From assembly GCA_964016885.1 (NCBI GenBank), contig CAXHJY010000962.1:1-64000 (forward strand): a DNA stretch of 64,000 bases. Reading direction: 5' to 3'. Both the position numbers and the translations under genes were made by a program. Below are positions 48,891 through 63,699 of this stretch, in pieces; the stretch's first letter is position 1, and the number at the start of each line of letters is the position of its first letter. Below the pieces are notes generated by a model. That model had not been told where the DNA came from and did no database searches. It saw only the letters and a list, made by a program, of their open reading frames with translations. Source of the DNA: Eledone cirrhosa (lineage: Eukaryota).

Positions 48891-49088
48891 GAACCCAACG
48901 GCAGAGCTCAAGCCGTTTCGACGGCTATTTCTGGACTAAAATCATTTTTAGTCCAGAAATAGCCGTCGAAATGTCTTGAGCTCTGACGTCGGGTCATGCA
49001 TTTTCCATTTACCCACTCTACTACCCTAAGTATTGAGTACTCTGGTGCGTAATGGTCCATCTGGTTCCTTACCACATCTCCTTCGTTA
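48891..49088. mobile_element. Second copy of the 12321-type palindromic fold-back with tail
   Basis: Palindrome 48891-48996 and the same ~85-nt tail. Confidence 0.8.
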
Positions 49089-49639
49089 TATATATATATA
49101 TAACTGAACAAAAAAGCAAAACGAACACAGACATATACATATATGTCCTCAAATCATATATATACATGTATGCATAAATACATACATACAAACATACATA
49201 TATATATACATACATACACCCATATATACATACAAACATACATATACCCATATATACATACATACAGACATACATATATATATAGGTATGCATATATGCA
49301 TGCATATATATATATATATACATACATATATATATCTCAATATTCTAGCTCATCAGCGGGTGAAGAATTATTAGTATCCTGGTCACTTCTAAGTATATTA
49401 AAAAAACTGGATAGTGTGAGTATATATAATGCACCTGGTGCCGGCACTTAGCGTGTCTCGCAAACTCAAGCCACTAAAAATAGCAGCCGGGTTTACTCGA
49501 CATTTGAATTAGCTCGACGAATTAACGGAGTCGAATATATCAAAAGCATGTATTGAGTTAGAAACTCAAAATAGTCTCTTAATATAAAATTAGCTCCAGG
49601 AAAAATATACTTAGAAGTGAAGAGGATACCAATAATTCT

Positions 49640-49721
49640 TCACCCGCTGATGAGCTAAAATTTTGGTATTCCTCTTCACAATTAATATTGCGAAACAGTA
49701 TTATCAAAACGGTCCGGGTGA
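49640..49721 (+). ncRNA. Type I hammerhead ribozyme
   Basis: TCACCCG-CTGATGA-GC...GC-GAAA-CAGT/ATTATCAAA/ACGG-TC-CGGGTGA; perfect 7-bp stem I; partial inverted copy at 49340-49380. Confidence 0.8.
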
Positions 49722-49982
49722 TTGGTAGTTAACACAATTCTGGTTTATATTTATTTTTCTTGATTTATTCTTAAATTAAATCGAGCAAACCTTATTGTCT
49801 GTAGTTAGTATTCTTTTCACCTTAGCGATTCTGTTCCCTTATGATTTGAGCCCATATATGTATATATCTGTGTTCGTTTTTCTTTTTTGTTCAGTTATAT
49901 TATACGGCTCGCAAAAACCTCTTTCCTAGAGCTAATTTTGTTGTAAGAGACTATTTTGAGTTTCTAACTCAATACATGCCTT

Positions 49983-50048
<66 letters not shown>

Positions 50049-50303
50049 TTATATATATATATTAAAATAATAGATTAAAGTTTAAGCGAAGAATCGCTGC
50101 TTTCACTCTTAACGGGATCTTCTGAAACTAAAAAAGAATCGATCTGTGAACGCAGAAGTAAAGATTTCGAAAAACGTTACACACCCTATTTATATATATA
50201 TACACACTATATACACAAATATACACACACGCACACACACACATATATAGCGTCATAATATCGTAATGCAGACAGCTAGGCATACAGACAGATATTATAA
50301 GGG

Positions 50304-50523
50304 CGCAAAGTTATATCTATGTATCTATCTAAAAATAAAGACTAAGAATTAGAAAGATCACTAAATCGCCTAATGCGGTCCCTAGGACATTCAAAATTTA
50401 AAATTTTCTTTGCTCAAAACATTCACAGTAAAGTGTAAAGTTTGAAAACAATCGGTTGGGAGGTTCTCGAGTTTTAGGGAATCAGACAGGCATTCTCTGT
50501 TTTAGATATATAGATAACTTTGC
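50304..50523. mobile_element. Possible non-autonomous Helentron/HINE-like or MITE-like element
   Basis: Inverted ends GCAAAGTTAT..CTAAAA / TTTTAG..ATAACTTTGC; internal AAGTTTGAAAACAATCGG; a TACTAGCAG..CCCGGCGTTGCTCGGG end-like motif lies at 48478. Confidence 0.35.
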
Positions 50524-52043
50524 TCACCATTATAACCACCATCATTTTTTTTAGAAGCAGACGTCATCAATTCGACAGTGACTGCGTCTGTGGGTTGTTC
50601 CAATGATGTTGTTCTTAAGATCAAAGTATCTCTAAGCTAACAAAAACATATTTACTCGTCAAAAGTACTTTCATATAATTGAAAGATTTTTTCCCACCAG
50701 TTTGATGTTAAAAATGTCTTTCAGGTGACTTTGCTGGATTAGATATGTCAATATGCCTGCGGTATATTATATATGATTAAAGTGAGTAAAATCAATATCT
50801 GTAACACGAAACCACAGATGGGCAGTTTAGATATCAACGAATGATGTTGGATTGTTCATTCCTTCTTCACCGAAGAGCAACATTTTTATAATGTCGTGGA
50901 GTATATTTGAATTTGGTAAATGTCTCTCATTCAACATGCTATAGACTGGGCAGAATCCGAAACCTCACTACGATGCGAATGATGTACTCAGTCCATTATG
51001 TCTGATATATATGTACATTAATGTTTATATATGTATATGAATATATCTATATATATATATACAAACATAAACACACACACACACAAACACACACATACAC
51101 ACATATATATATATATATACACACCATCTCTATATATATACAGACATTTATATTTATCATCATATATAAACTTTAGTGTTTATATATGTATATATTTATA
51201 TATATATATACACAAACACACACGCATATATATATATATATAATCATTTATCTGTATCATATCTATACATTAATGTTTATATATGAACATGTATACCTTT
51301 ACATACATATACAAACGCACACACACACAATATATATATACATCATATATATATATATATACATCATATATATATATTAATGTTTACATATGAAGATGTA
51401 TATCTTTACATACACACGCACACACACACACCTATATATATGTGTGTAAGTTTATATCGATGCGAGACAATTATATTTCTGCGTGATCAGTTCATTAAAC
51501 ACCATGTTACTGATCGATACAAATCATTGAGTTTGCGATATAATCTGTCTATTCGTTTTCGTTTTTAATTTTCTAAAACATTCTTCACACTTCATTCACT
51601 TGTGACTTCAGCGTTTTAACCACTTACCGAAACTAAACATTAGGTATTTACTTAACGCCACTCCTCTTAATCATGCCCCGTGGCTGGCAAGTTTGAAGAT
51701 TCAATGTCACTTCTACTCAAGTCACTTTCACTTAAGGACCAAAGTAATTTACAATAAAATCTTACAAAAATGTAACAATATAAAGCAAAATCAAAACTGA
51801 AATGGTTGGATATATTCAATATCGTTGCTATTTATATTTTGAAATGTGTGTGTCCTAATGCAAATGACTATAATTATTGCCATTCTATATAAATAATTGT
51901 TGTGAAAATCTAGTAAAGTAAATGTAGAGTAGGAAAATAGGGGACAAAAGCGCCTCCACTCTGATTACTTTTAATTCCGTCTCCAAGGGCATTTGTTCAA
52001 CTGTTATTTATAGCAATCGACTAGTATTATTATGGTCATTTCA

Positions 52044-52255
52044 AGGCGGCGGGCTTGCAGTATCGGTAGATCGTCAGACACCATACTTTGCACTATAGAG
52101 TTTCGTCCTTTTACGGTCTGAGTTCAAACGCCGTCGAGGTTAGCTTTGTCTTTACTCCTAACAGGGTTATTAAAATAAAGGACGTGTAATGCGCTGGGTT
52201 TTATTTAATCGACTTTCCCCTCCCCTGAAAGGCCTTGTGCCTAAACAAGAACACT
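52044..52255 (+). mobile_element. tRNA-derived SINE, older variant
   Basis: GGCGGCGGGCTTGCAG head, B-box, core and tail. Confidence 0.8.
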
Positions 52256-52674
52256 TTATCATCGCTATTCCAGTTTTCATGTAAACCGCCCCCATTTCAA
52301 TCTTCTAACACTCTCAATTGCTTTGTAACTTAACCGATGTTTACATTTCTAGTTTTAAGATTTTGAAAATCATTTAAATGAGAGGAATTAATGTCCACAT
52401 CTCCTTAATATAATGGTTAATGCATTCGCCTGGTAAACGAGATGCAGTGTTCGTATCCTCGAGTTGTTCGTATCAACGAGTTGTCCGTCTCTATGGGTAC
52501 TATACACCTTTTCTGTGTCTTTGTCTCTTTATTTCTGTCTTTGTAAGTTTGAAAAAACAAATACAAATATATATTAATTCAAACATTTTTTCACACACAC
52601 AGAAGAAACAAACTCCTGCTGACACCACCTCCATCTCTCCCGCTCTCTCCATCTCTCATTATTATGAGCAAAAC

Positions 52675-52860
52675 AACCGGTGGAGTGGCAGTATCGGTAG
52701 AGAGTTGGACGCCATGCTTTCCAGCATAGTTACGTCCCTTTACCGTCTGAGTTCAAATCCCGCCAAGGTTCACTTTGCCTTTCATCCTTACGGGGTCGAT
52801 AAAATAAAGTACCAGTAATGTACTGGTGAATTGCTGGCCTTGTGCCAAAAGTAGAAACAA
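52675..52860 (+). mobile_element. tRNA-derived SINE with 17-bp TSD
   Basis: ATTATTATGAGCAAAAC at 52658-52674 and 52860-52876. Confidence 0.92.
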
Positions 52861-54149
52861 TTATTATGAGCAAAACGAGACTCACGCGCTGGCCGCCCCA
52901 CATTCCCGGCGGGCAAAGCAGATAAGGCGTTTCCCCGGAGGATGGTGGGGGATATGCGCTGGAAGAGCCATTCCACAATTTTCAATAACCCACTACTATT
53001 ATATTACTTATTTACGTTGGGACACACATATTTCCTAGACTTTCCTAAAGTTTCTTAGGGACAACTTAAAAGAAAATCATTAAAAAACAAAATTCAAAAT
53101 CATACTAAAAGTGATTTAACAGAATATAGGCAAGATTTTTACTTATTTATTTGTGTTTCAGCCGAGTGACTGAGGCCATGCTGGGGCACCACCCCTGTTA
53201 TATAATCTTTAAGTTTGAAATGGCAGTTGATATATATTTACAGTCAATGAATCTCCATGAAAGTCGATTTACGACCCAATCATATAATAGGTATTTCAGC
53301 GTAGCAACAGAATTGTATCTCAGTAAATATAATAGATTGATTACATACTACATTGGTATCGAACATTCTTCTCTCATGTTGCATATCGAAATATACGCAT
53401 GTATGCACACATATACACACACATATGCACACATACACACAGATGCACACATACACACAGATGCGCACACACACACACAGATACACGCACATACATACAT
53501 ATATATATATATATATGTATATATATGAATATGTAATTATTTATAAGTGGATATGTGTGTGTGAGTATGTGTGTGTATGTGTGTATATTTGTCTGTATTT
53601 GTGTGTGTGAGGGCGTGCGTGGGTGTATCTATGTGTGAGTCAATGTCAGTTTCTATCTGTGCAACTATTAGTGTATGTTTGTATACGTGTGTGAGTAATT
53701 GTGTGTGTTTGTGTATGTATGTGTGGGGGTGGGTGGGTGGGGGGTTGTATATGTGTGTGAGTGTGTGTGTGTGTATATGTGTGTATGCATGTGAGTGTGT
53801 GTCCATGTGTGTGTGTGTGTATCTTGAGTTAGAGGGAACTTTAGACTTCTCGTTGTAAACTTTCTTTTTTTCTAACAAGGAAGCAACAATTGTTTAATGT
53901 GCTAGGAATGAAGAATTATCTCCTTTCTCTGTATAAAATGCTTGAGGGATTTATTGAACCGTCATCAGAATATGAAACGATCGAAAGAAATATACTTCAT
54001 ATAGAAAATAGAACGTTTATTTTGTTCGAAGTTGTACTGATTCTGTCCCTTCATTTCCCTCATAGGGGTCAGATCATACAAAAACTAAAAACTAACATTC
54101 TACACACATACATTGACAGTTTCATATATACATATATATATATATTTAA

Positions 54150-54530
54150 AGGTTAAACAAGGTTCAATCAATAAATCAAAGAATGAGTTTTACAATAGAT
54201 TGGAAGCATTCAACAGTTTTGTTTTCCGGAGTTATTAATATTAATTCAAAATATTAACAAAAATAGACATTCGTGTGATCAAGTATATTTTATTATACAT
54301 ATTTCAGAGGTACTGAGCTATCTTCAACAGTACGTCCTCCTCAGATAAAATAAGATGATGCATGACATACGCTGACTTAGTAGATGGTTAAGATTCAGAA
54401 GATGATGCATGACATACCCTGACTTAGTATGTTATGCATCATCTTATTTTATCTGATGAGGACGTACTGTTGAAGATAGCTCAGTACCTCTGAAATATGT
54501 ATAATAAAATATACTTGATCACACGAATGT
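54150..54530. mobile_element. Fold-back element (arms 54268-54370 / 54428-54530) with HHRs and a left tail
   Basis: Inverted arms; HHR at 54287-54351 (minus) and 54446-54510 (plus). Confidence 0.85.
54446..54510 (+). ncRNA. Type I hammerhead ribozyme (mirror copy at 54287-54351 minus, core CTGAGGA)
   Basis: ATTTTAT-CTGATGA-GGACGTACTG..CAGTACCTCT-GAAA-TATGTA-TA-ATAAAAT. Confidence 0.82.
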
Positions 54531-54757
54531 GTATATATATATATATCGAAATGAATCCATACACACGTGCACTTTCTCAAATTTTTCTTTTCCTTCCCTT
54601 TTCTTCTCTCACTCTATCTTCCTGTTTCACATTCTATTTATCATTCTAGCTTGTAAGGAAGGCATAGGGTCCGAAACGTAAATATTTTCTTTCTACAGCA
54701 GGTATTAATATATTCCTTCATTGCATTGTTTTCTTTGCTTTGCTGTTTCCGTTTACC

Positions 54758-54792
<35 letters not shown>

Positions 54793-54804
54793 CACATACA
54801 TAAT

Positions 54805-54842
<38 letters not shown>

Positions 54843-54936
54843 TTGTTCAATGAAAAAAAGTTTGTTGATTTAGAATCAGCCGACTTATACATAACAGATA
54901 TCAACGGTAAATGTTTAACCGGAGTTTTATTATAAT

Positions 54937-55250
54937 AATAATTGTTTCTACTTTTGGCACAAGGCCAGCTATTACCCCAGTGCATTACTGGTACTTTATG
55001 TTATCGACCCCGTAAGGATGAAAGGCCAAGTAAACATCGGCGGGATTTGAACTCAGAATGGAAAGGGCCGTAACTCTATGCGTCAAATCATGACGTCCGA
55101 CTCTCTACCGATACTGCCAATCCACCGCCCATTATAATAATCGTTTCTACTTTAGGCACAAGACCAGCAAATCACCCAGTACATTACTGGTACCTTATTT
55201 TATCGACCCCGTAAGGATGAAAGGCAAAGTTAACCTCGGAGGGATTAACC
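54937..55250 (-). mobile_element. Tandem tRNA-SINE copies (one full, one 3' part)
   Basis: SINE reverse complement twice. Confidence 0.88.
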
Positions 55251-55289
55251 GCCCATTATAATAATTAACCGCCCATTATATAAATAAAC

Positions 55290-55870
55290 TAAACACAGTT
55301 ACTTTAGAGCCTAAAGTTTAGACCATCCCAATTTGTTTGATTATACGCATTTCGAAGATGCAAGGCTTATGTATAGCACAAGCCAAAACATGTTCTCTTC
55401 AGACAAAATCCACTGGAGATGTAGAAGTCATTTGATATGCAGGCAGTCAGACGAGCTGTTCACATCTGTAGCCAACAAGCATATGAGATAGAAAAAAACT
55501 CAAGAGTGGGAGAAATATTACAGTTGGTTTTGACGTTTTCAAACTGGCGATAGAATGACGACTTTAGTTAGGTAAAAAAAGAATACAAACAAAAACTAAT
55601 ATTAACCGTTAAGCTATTTATTTATAACTTAAGTTAGATTAAATTAGATACTATACTAAAAAATTCATATATTGGAAGATGCAAACTAATAATGTAACTA
55701 TATAATAAAGAAAAATTATAAATTACTGATTTGGTAGTTTATGAATACAATATAATTTAGTTGATATTTGTCTGAAGAGAACATGTTTTGACTTATGTTA
55801 TACATTAGCCTTACATCTTCGAAATACGTATAATAAAATAAATTGGGATGGACTAAAGTAACTGTCTTTT
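55290..55870. mobile_element. Fold-back element with an HHR in each arm
   Basis: 55290-55409 is inverted at 55766-55867. Confidence 0.8.
55766..55838 (+). ncRNA. Type I hammerhead ribozyme (mirror copy at 55337-55409 minus)
   Basis: ATTTGT-CTGAAGA-GAACATG...CATCTTC-GAAA-TACGTA-TA-ATAAAAT; palindromic TACGTA. Confidence 0.78.
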
Positions 55871-55891
55871 GTTTATTATTATTACAATTAT

Positions 55892-56080
55892 AGGGCGGTG
55901 GATTGGCAGTATCGGTAGAGGGTCGGGCACCATGCTTTGCAGCACAGTGTCGTCCCATTACGGACTGAGTTCAAATCCCGCCGAGGTTAACTTTGCCTTT
56001 CATCCGTGCGGGCTCGATAAAATAAAGTACCAGTAATGTACTGGGATAATTGCTGGCCTTGTGCAAAAAGTAGAAAAAAT
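55892..56080 (+). mobile_element. tRNA-derived SINE with TSD
   Basis: Full SINE flanked by TTATTATTACAATTA. Confidence 0.9.
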
Positions 56081-56095
56081 TATTATTACAATTAT

Positions 56096-56148
<53 letters not shown>

Positions 56149-56184
56149 TACACAATAATCAAAGCTATGTTCAAATCACTTTAT

Positions 56185-56232
56185 TGCTGACAATCGTTTC
56201 TTCTAAAACTTTGGTTTGGAATCATCGGAGCA
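56185..56232 (-). ncRNA. Hammerhead-like motif with CCGATGA core
   Basis: Minus: TGCT-CCGATGA-TTCCAAAC/CAAA/GTTTTAGAA-GAAA-CGATTG-TC-AGCA. Confidence 0.6.
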
Positions 56233-56324
56233 CTAGGAATGTTTGTACATATAATTAACCTCCTATTCAACTGACTTTTCCTGTTTATGGTTGTATATAG
56301 TGTATACATAACTTTAATTATTAT

Positions 56325-56383
<59 letters not shown>

Positions 56384-56664
56384 CAGGATTTTTGACTAGA
56401 GCACTTGGTCTGTATTATGAAAGAGAATGGTAGTCGATAATATCACCACATCAGCAATTATCTCAAGGATAATCAATCATCAAAATATGTAATATGTTAT
56501 CGAACATCGATAGAATTGAAATTCCGAAATAAACTGCCCTTCGTTAAAAACTGCACGCCATTTTGTTTTGCCCTACCATTTCTGTGCATACAAAATCAAT
56601 TACCGTAGGTGAGTATACGAAATCCTTTAATATACTTTTACTTATAATAATCATACAGTAATGA

Positions 56665-56710
<46 letters not shown>

Positions 56711-56751
56711 GATATATTAACAAATGGAAACTATATTTATAAAACCATATT

Positions 56752-56816
56752 TATTTCATTATACATATTTCAAGGACACCAAGTTAAATTGTGGTGCGCT
56801 TTCATCAGATAAAATA
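56752..56816 (-). ncRNA. Type I hammerhead ribozyme (family of 13860/32196)
   Basis: Minus: TATTTTAT-CTGATGA-AAGCGCACCA..TGGTGTCCTT-GAAA-TATGTA-TA-ATGAAATA. Confidence 0.78.
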
Positions 56817-56964
56817 TAATATAGATCAGTTTTATAAATAAATATTGACATACCCTTAGAGAATGCAACCATTTCTGTTGGAAGCTCCCATTTTACCCCA
56901 ATAATTTGTTGAGTGCTTTATATCAATTATAAAAATATTTCCTTGTTGCATCCCAACAATATAA

Positions 56965-57026
<62 letters not shown>

Positions 57027-57226
57027 ATAAATTCAGGCTTACACAATACAATGTAAACAGTGTATTATAGTGTAAAATAACAACTCAGCGGTAATGATGT
57101 ATGTTTACAAGTCTAGATATAACCCACTCTCTTGTTTTCTCTCTCTATATATAAAGATAAACCAATATATATATATATATAACTCACAAATAGTGTATCA
57201 CTCTAAATTGCTGAATACAATAAGTG

Positions 57227-57743
<517 letters not shown>

Positions 57744-57744
57744 A

Positions 57745-58998
57745 AGGGTTAAAATACTGGAGCGTGTTGGAGTTAAACACCCTCTTCGTATTATAGAAAT
57801 GACAGTAAAAGGTATAGCTCAATGTAGTTAAACAGAGCCGAAAAATTGAGAGAGTAAAACAAAGAAGCCTTCAATACATCAAAAGTCTTTATTAGCTGAC
57901 AATGTTTCGTCCTATTAAGGACTCATCGGGTCAATTAAAACAACAAGAAGTAATATCGGCAGATACAAGCCGGAAGCTCCGAAGAATATGGAGTGTACAT
58001 ACACTAATGTATTGCAAAAATATACAATAAAAATAATAAACATATATAATAAAAATTACTAAGGATGTATATAACATTAAGAACCATATTACAGATATAG
58101 TCCAAAGCAAAAAAAAACTAGAGCTAAACAAAGGTGGTTATATAGAGCAGGAATTATATATAATACAATGTAATATAATATAATATACCTTTACCAACAT
58201 TAAAATTACAATAAAAATCAAAAGGTACAATATGTATATATGTGCGCACACGTACACACACATACACATACAACAATAAACACATCCATCTTCAACTGCA
58301 CAAATTAAACCTTATTAAGAGTTTGATTATAAAAATAAGCATGATAGGAATGAAAATAATAATAATAATAATACTAATACATCTACCCAATATACATGAG
58401 GTAATAATATGATATAATTATAAGTAGCACATATAATAAATAATAAACAATACAATTATATACTATATAATACAATATAATAGAATAGATAATCTCCGGT
58501 TAATTTACATAAACAATATAGATGTCACAATAATAATATAATAATAATATACTAACATTTATAATATACAATATACTAACATTTATAATAAACAATATAT
58601 AATTGTACTCAAGTTAACATTATATATATATTATATTATATATATATTACATTATATGTATATTATATTATATTACATTGTATAATATATATAATTCCTG
58701 CTCTATATAACCACCTTTGTTTAGCTCTAGGTTTTTTTTGCTTTGGACTATATTTGTAATATGGTTCTTAATTTTATATACATCCTTAGTAATTTTTATT
58801 ATATATTTTTATTATTTTTATTATATATTTTTGCAATACTTTAGTGTATGTACACTCCATATTCTTCGGAGCTTCCGGCTTGTATCTGCCGATATTACTT
58901 CTTGTTGTTTTAATTGCCCTGATGAGTACTTAATAGGACGAAACACTGTCGGCTAATAAAGACTTTTGATGTATTGAAGGCTTCTTTGTTTTACTCTC
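57745..58998. mobile_element. Fold-back element, ~330-bp arms (57850-58185 / 58660-58998), left tail, HHR in each arm
   Basis: Near-identical inverted arms (also visible as twin ORFs 57931- and 58717+). Confidence 0.88.
58912..58957 (+). ncRNA. Canonical minimal hammerhead ribozyme (mirror copy at 57891-57936 minus)
   Basis: AATTGCC-CTGATGA-GTACTTAATAGGAC-GAAAC-ACT-GTC-GGCTAAT; mirror copy has a perfect stem II GTCCT/AGGAC. Confidence 0.85.
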
Positions 58999-59000
58999 TT

Positions 59001-59152
59001 AATATATATTTATATATATATTTATATATATATATTTATAATTATTTATATATATATATTTATATATTATTTATATATATTTATATATATATATATTTAT
59101 ATATATATATATATTTATATATTATTTATATATATTTATATATATATATATT

Positions 59153-59217
<65 letters not shown>

Positions 59218-59600
59218 GTATATATACATATTTATATATATATATACATATTTATATATATATATTTATATGTATATATACATATTTATATATATATATT
59301 TATATGTATATATACATATTTATATATATATATTTATATATACATATTTATATATATATATTTATATGTATATATACATATTTATATATATATATTTATA
59401 TGTATATATACATATTTATATATATATATTTATATGTATATATACATATTTATATATATATATTTATATGTATATATACATATTTACATATATATATTTA
59501 TATGTGTATATACATATTTATATATATATATTTATATGTATATATACATATTTATATATATATATTTATATGTATATATACATATTTATATATATATATT

Positions 59601-59668
<68 letters not shown>

Positions 59669-59682
59669 TATATATATATATT

Positions 59683-59751
<69 letters not shown>

Positions 59752-59906
59752 ATACATATTTATATATATATATATACATATTTATATATATATATTTATA
59801 TATATATATATTTATATATATATATATTTATATATATATATTTATATATATATATATTTATATATATATATTTATATATATATATATACATATTTATATA
59901 TATATA

Positions 59907-59947
<41 letters not shown>

Positions 59948-59962
59948 TTATATATATTTATA

Positions 59963-59993
<31 letters not shown>

Positions 59994-60222
59994 ATATGTA
60001 TATTTATATATATATATTTATATATATGTATATTTATATATATGTATATTTATATATATATATTTATATATATGTATATTTATATATATTTATATATATG
60101 TATATTTATATATATATATATTTATATATATGTATATTTATATATATTTATATATATGTATATTTATATATATATATTTATATTTATATATATTTATATA
60201 TAATTATATATATATATATAAT
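59001..60222. repeat. (TA)n-derived minisatellite (TTTATATGTATATATACATA-containing units)
   Basis: Direct. Confidence 0.95.
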
Positions 60223-60289
60223 ATTAAGCATACTATTTATGGTTATGTATATACTAAAACTTTTTATAGTTATATATATTTTAAACCAT

Positions 60290-61017
60290 AAACAATGAAG
60301 GTCAGTAATTTATTACTACCTTATTACCAGTAAGATAAATAGCTCAATGTAATAACATCAGTTGTTCTACAGAGCAGTTATATAGAATTCACAAGAATCA
60401 AAGTTATGTTCAAAGCATTTATTCACTTACAATTGTTCCATCCAAACCTAGGCTTGGAGTCTTCGGAGCATTTTTAAATGTTTGTACACAAAATTGACCT
60501 CCTTTCCAACGCAAGAGACATATAGATACGTATGTATATATTGATGTACAGTGGTGTGACATATATTATACTATATTATTTCTGTATATCAATTCAAATT
60601 CAAAATCAAAACCAAAATTAAGATTAAAACAAAATTAAAACAAAAATTAAAATACATTCGGCAGTTAACATAGATAATGCAAGAGGATAGTTTGTTAGTC
60701 ATATGTAGTAGTTAGTGTATGCGTTAGTTTACGTGGGGCTGCACGTGTGTCTCATTTATATATGATTATTGTGTGGCAGGGTGCTACATGTAATACAAGC
60801 ACTTTAAGCGTGTAAGTAAGAGTATTATGGAGGTTGTAGTGATAAGGTATCTTTTGTATATAATAAAAAAGTATGTGTGCAGAAAAACAAAAATAAAAAG
60901 GAGAAGCAAAAGAAAGTTATGATTTTCGTAATCGAAGACTCCAAGCCTAGGTTTGGATGAAACAATTGTAAGTGAATAAATGCTTTGAACATAGCTTTGA
61001 TTCTTGTGAATTCTATA
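60290..61017. mobile_element. Fold-back element (arms 60381-60465 / 60934-61017) with an HHR-like motif; relative of 56148-56290
   Basis: CGAAGA-CTCCAAGC/CTAG/GTTTGGAT-GAAA-CAATTG-TA in inverted arms. Confidence 0.72.
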
Positions 61018-61039
61018 TATAATAATATATATATATATA

Positions 61040-62940
61040 TATAATGATCGTTGTATAGACGAGTTTGAATATAATTGCATGTGTATTAACTGGTGTGAAA
61101 TGTATTTTGTAAAACAAACGCCATTTCATATCTTCCCAAAAAATAAATCTGAACACATCGAAAAAAAAAACAAAAAAAAAACGAATTGTTTGTATGATAA
61201 CGAGTTTGTAATTGTGTATGACTTAAACCACTTTTTAACATAAAAACCTATTATAACACTTTAGACATGAGTAGTTCTGGTAGTAGGCGGCATCTTGATG
61301 GTTTTTCCGCTGCAAATTAAGCCTACCAACTTCCGTCTTGGAGTTTAGATACATGTACGGTAAGTATAAACCTAGCGAAATGCTAATTAATCCCCTGAGA
61401 CATAGTCGGCAGTTCGTCATTCTATTCATGTAATACCTGGACATCTTGAGTTCTTTTCATGTCATATCATGCAATACACTTTTTTTTCTATTAGCTGCTA
61501 GACACATTTTGCCAGCACTATGGTAAATTTGCCAGCACTATGGTAATTTTCATGGGATGTCTAGATGTGGAGAGTTGCAAGTATAACTTTTACATAGATC
61601 GGTACTGTACCATACCTACATATTTTCCATAGGTTTCAGCCTGGTTGGTATTTGTGTACTTGGATCTCTGCCTCGTAAAATATGGACTTTACTTTATAAT
61701 TTTGTTGTAATTGACAATTGTTTTTTTCCTGGAAGAGCATCCTGGATTCACATCTGTGATGATGTTTGTGGCCATCTTGTATTTCATTTATGTTGGACAG
61801 GAATAAGATATCCGCCACACTGGGCAAATGAAGGTCTTACTGTACAGTCGTTGTGGGACAATGTGTTTATCAATTAAGTCAAAGTGAATATGAAGGGGCG
61901 AACCAGATTATATTTTATTAGGTGGATGTTTATTGGGCATTACTTCTCGGAGTCCACTATCCTGGGGAGCTTTGTTATAGTATGGTGCTGCATTCTCATA
62001 TATTTCTCTATTAAATGGTAAGTTCGAGATTATACGACGAATATTAGGCACCATATTAATAAAATGCGTAGGAGGGAAGCAGAATCCTCTATGGGCATAT
62101 TTTGACCTCTCAATAGTCTTATAGTATGGTTTATGTGTGACTGTCAATAGGTATATGTTGATGCCAAGAAAGTGTGCGCTAGTGAAGTTCGTGTCTACTC
62201 TGATCGTAAGTCCTAGGGGGCCAAAGGTTTCTATTAAATCCTTTCTTAACCTGCCAAGCAAGTGTCTAAACCCTAAGACCGAAGCTTGTAGACATTGTTT
62301 ACATAAAAAAGCTATCTCCTGTCCAACTGGAAATCCGAACCACAAGCTGTCCCCTCACCAGACCTGCTAAATCCTCCATGAATCTATTTATCTATCACCT
62401 ATTTTCGCACAAAATGTACACAAATATCACATGCCCATACACTCGCATACAAAGTATACATTACCTTACAAAGCTCCTCACATATCTTTGAAATGTTCAG
62501 AGTTTTAACAATTTTGTTTAGAAAAATGTTGAAATAGTTATTTACATTAAAAAGTCGTTTAAGCCTTGGAAGATTATATTACACACTAGCTAAGCCCACA
62601 TAATTCCATTTTTATTTGGGTGTTCAGATTTAATGTTTTAGGGAACTATATGAAATGGTTTAGGTTTTACAAAATATATTTCACAACAGGTAACAAACAT
62701 AATCATATTCAAACCTGACTATACAACCATCAATATGCGTTAAATTGTTTGTATAAAAATGCTGGAATAGGTGTCTTACAAATCACATTGCACACTAGCT
62801 AAGATATAGAATTCTATATTTGAGTGTTCAGATATTGAATTTTAGGAATCTCTTAGATACGATTTAATTTTTTGCAGAATAAAATACAAAGTAACACTCA
62901 ACAGTTATATGAAAACCTGATTGTACAACTTTAAAACATA
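61040..62940 (-). mobile_element. Old PLE (family B-like) RT C-terminus/GIY-YIG on minus, with an inverted 3' UTR copy on plus (62560-62940)
   Basis: FGPLGLTIRVDTN..AHFLG..HKPY..RRIISNL..REIYENAAPYYNKA..SG; NCRLCL..YLNSKTEV; 61050-61165 inverted at ~62605-62727. Confidence 0.75.
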
Positions 62941-63699
62941 AAAAAAGAAAATTATTTCCCACTAAGAATTATCTCCCATGGTTTTTTAAGGACAAAGAGA
63001 CTACAATTTCCGTTTGTAAAGAACTCCTTTAAATACTTTAATAAAAAAAAAATTAGATTACAATTCAAGTCACGCGTAAATTACCCCAAAACGTTAACTT
63101 TTAACTTAAGTCATGCAAATACTACACATGCACACAGATTAACTTTTAACTTAAGTCATGTATATATTAACCACCCACACGTTTCAAAGATTCTAGCCCC
63201 TAGCATTCGAATGTTGTTTTGAGAACTGCCTCTCTTCTTGAAAACGAGCTCTCCACGGGAAAAATACAAAAAAACAACAACATATTTTGTGGGCTAACGG
63301 CTTTTCTTGTGATATTGATCTTGCACAAGATGTTCCTCTAAGTACAACTGTGGCCATAACTGAAACCCAAATCCTTAGGTCGCGTATACGTCTTAAGTAT
63401 ATGAAATTTAAATATACTATATGCACATACATACATAAACGCATACATCCACATATACACACATACATACATACACATATACCTGCATATATATATATAT
63501 AGCGAGAGAGGGTAGATCCCAGTAAAGTTCTCAAAAGAAGAATTCACAAGCAGAATTCCCTTGGGATACACTCCCATTTAAGCAATCTAAACGTAGGAAA
63601 CCTGACTTCTGGTCAGGTTTCCAATGGTCTGCCTATAGAAAGAAACAAACACACACCACATCATTTTCACTTATCTTTAGTGTTCCTTATTCATTTGTT

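Noticed and set aside
53915-53975. Minus-strand CTGATGA...GAAA
   Set aside because: No supporting stems; chance match.
55401-55530. Apparent exon after a TTCAG acceptor
   Set aside because: The TTCAG is the reverse complement of the HHR core CTGAA in a fold-back arm, and the frame contains a stop.
57931-58956. Twin small ORFs on opposite strands (membrane-peptide-like)
   Set aside because: By-product of AT-rich inverted arms of a non-coding fold-back element.
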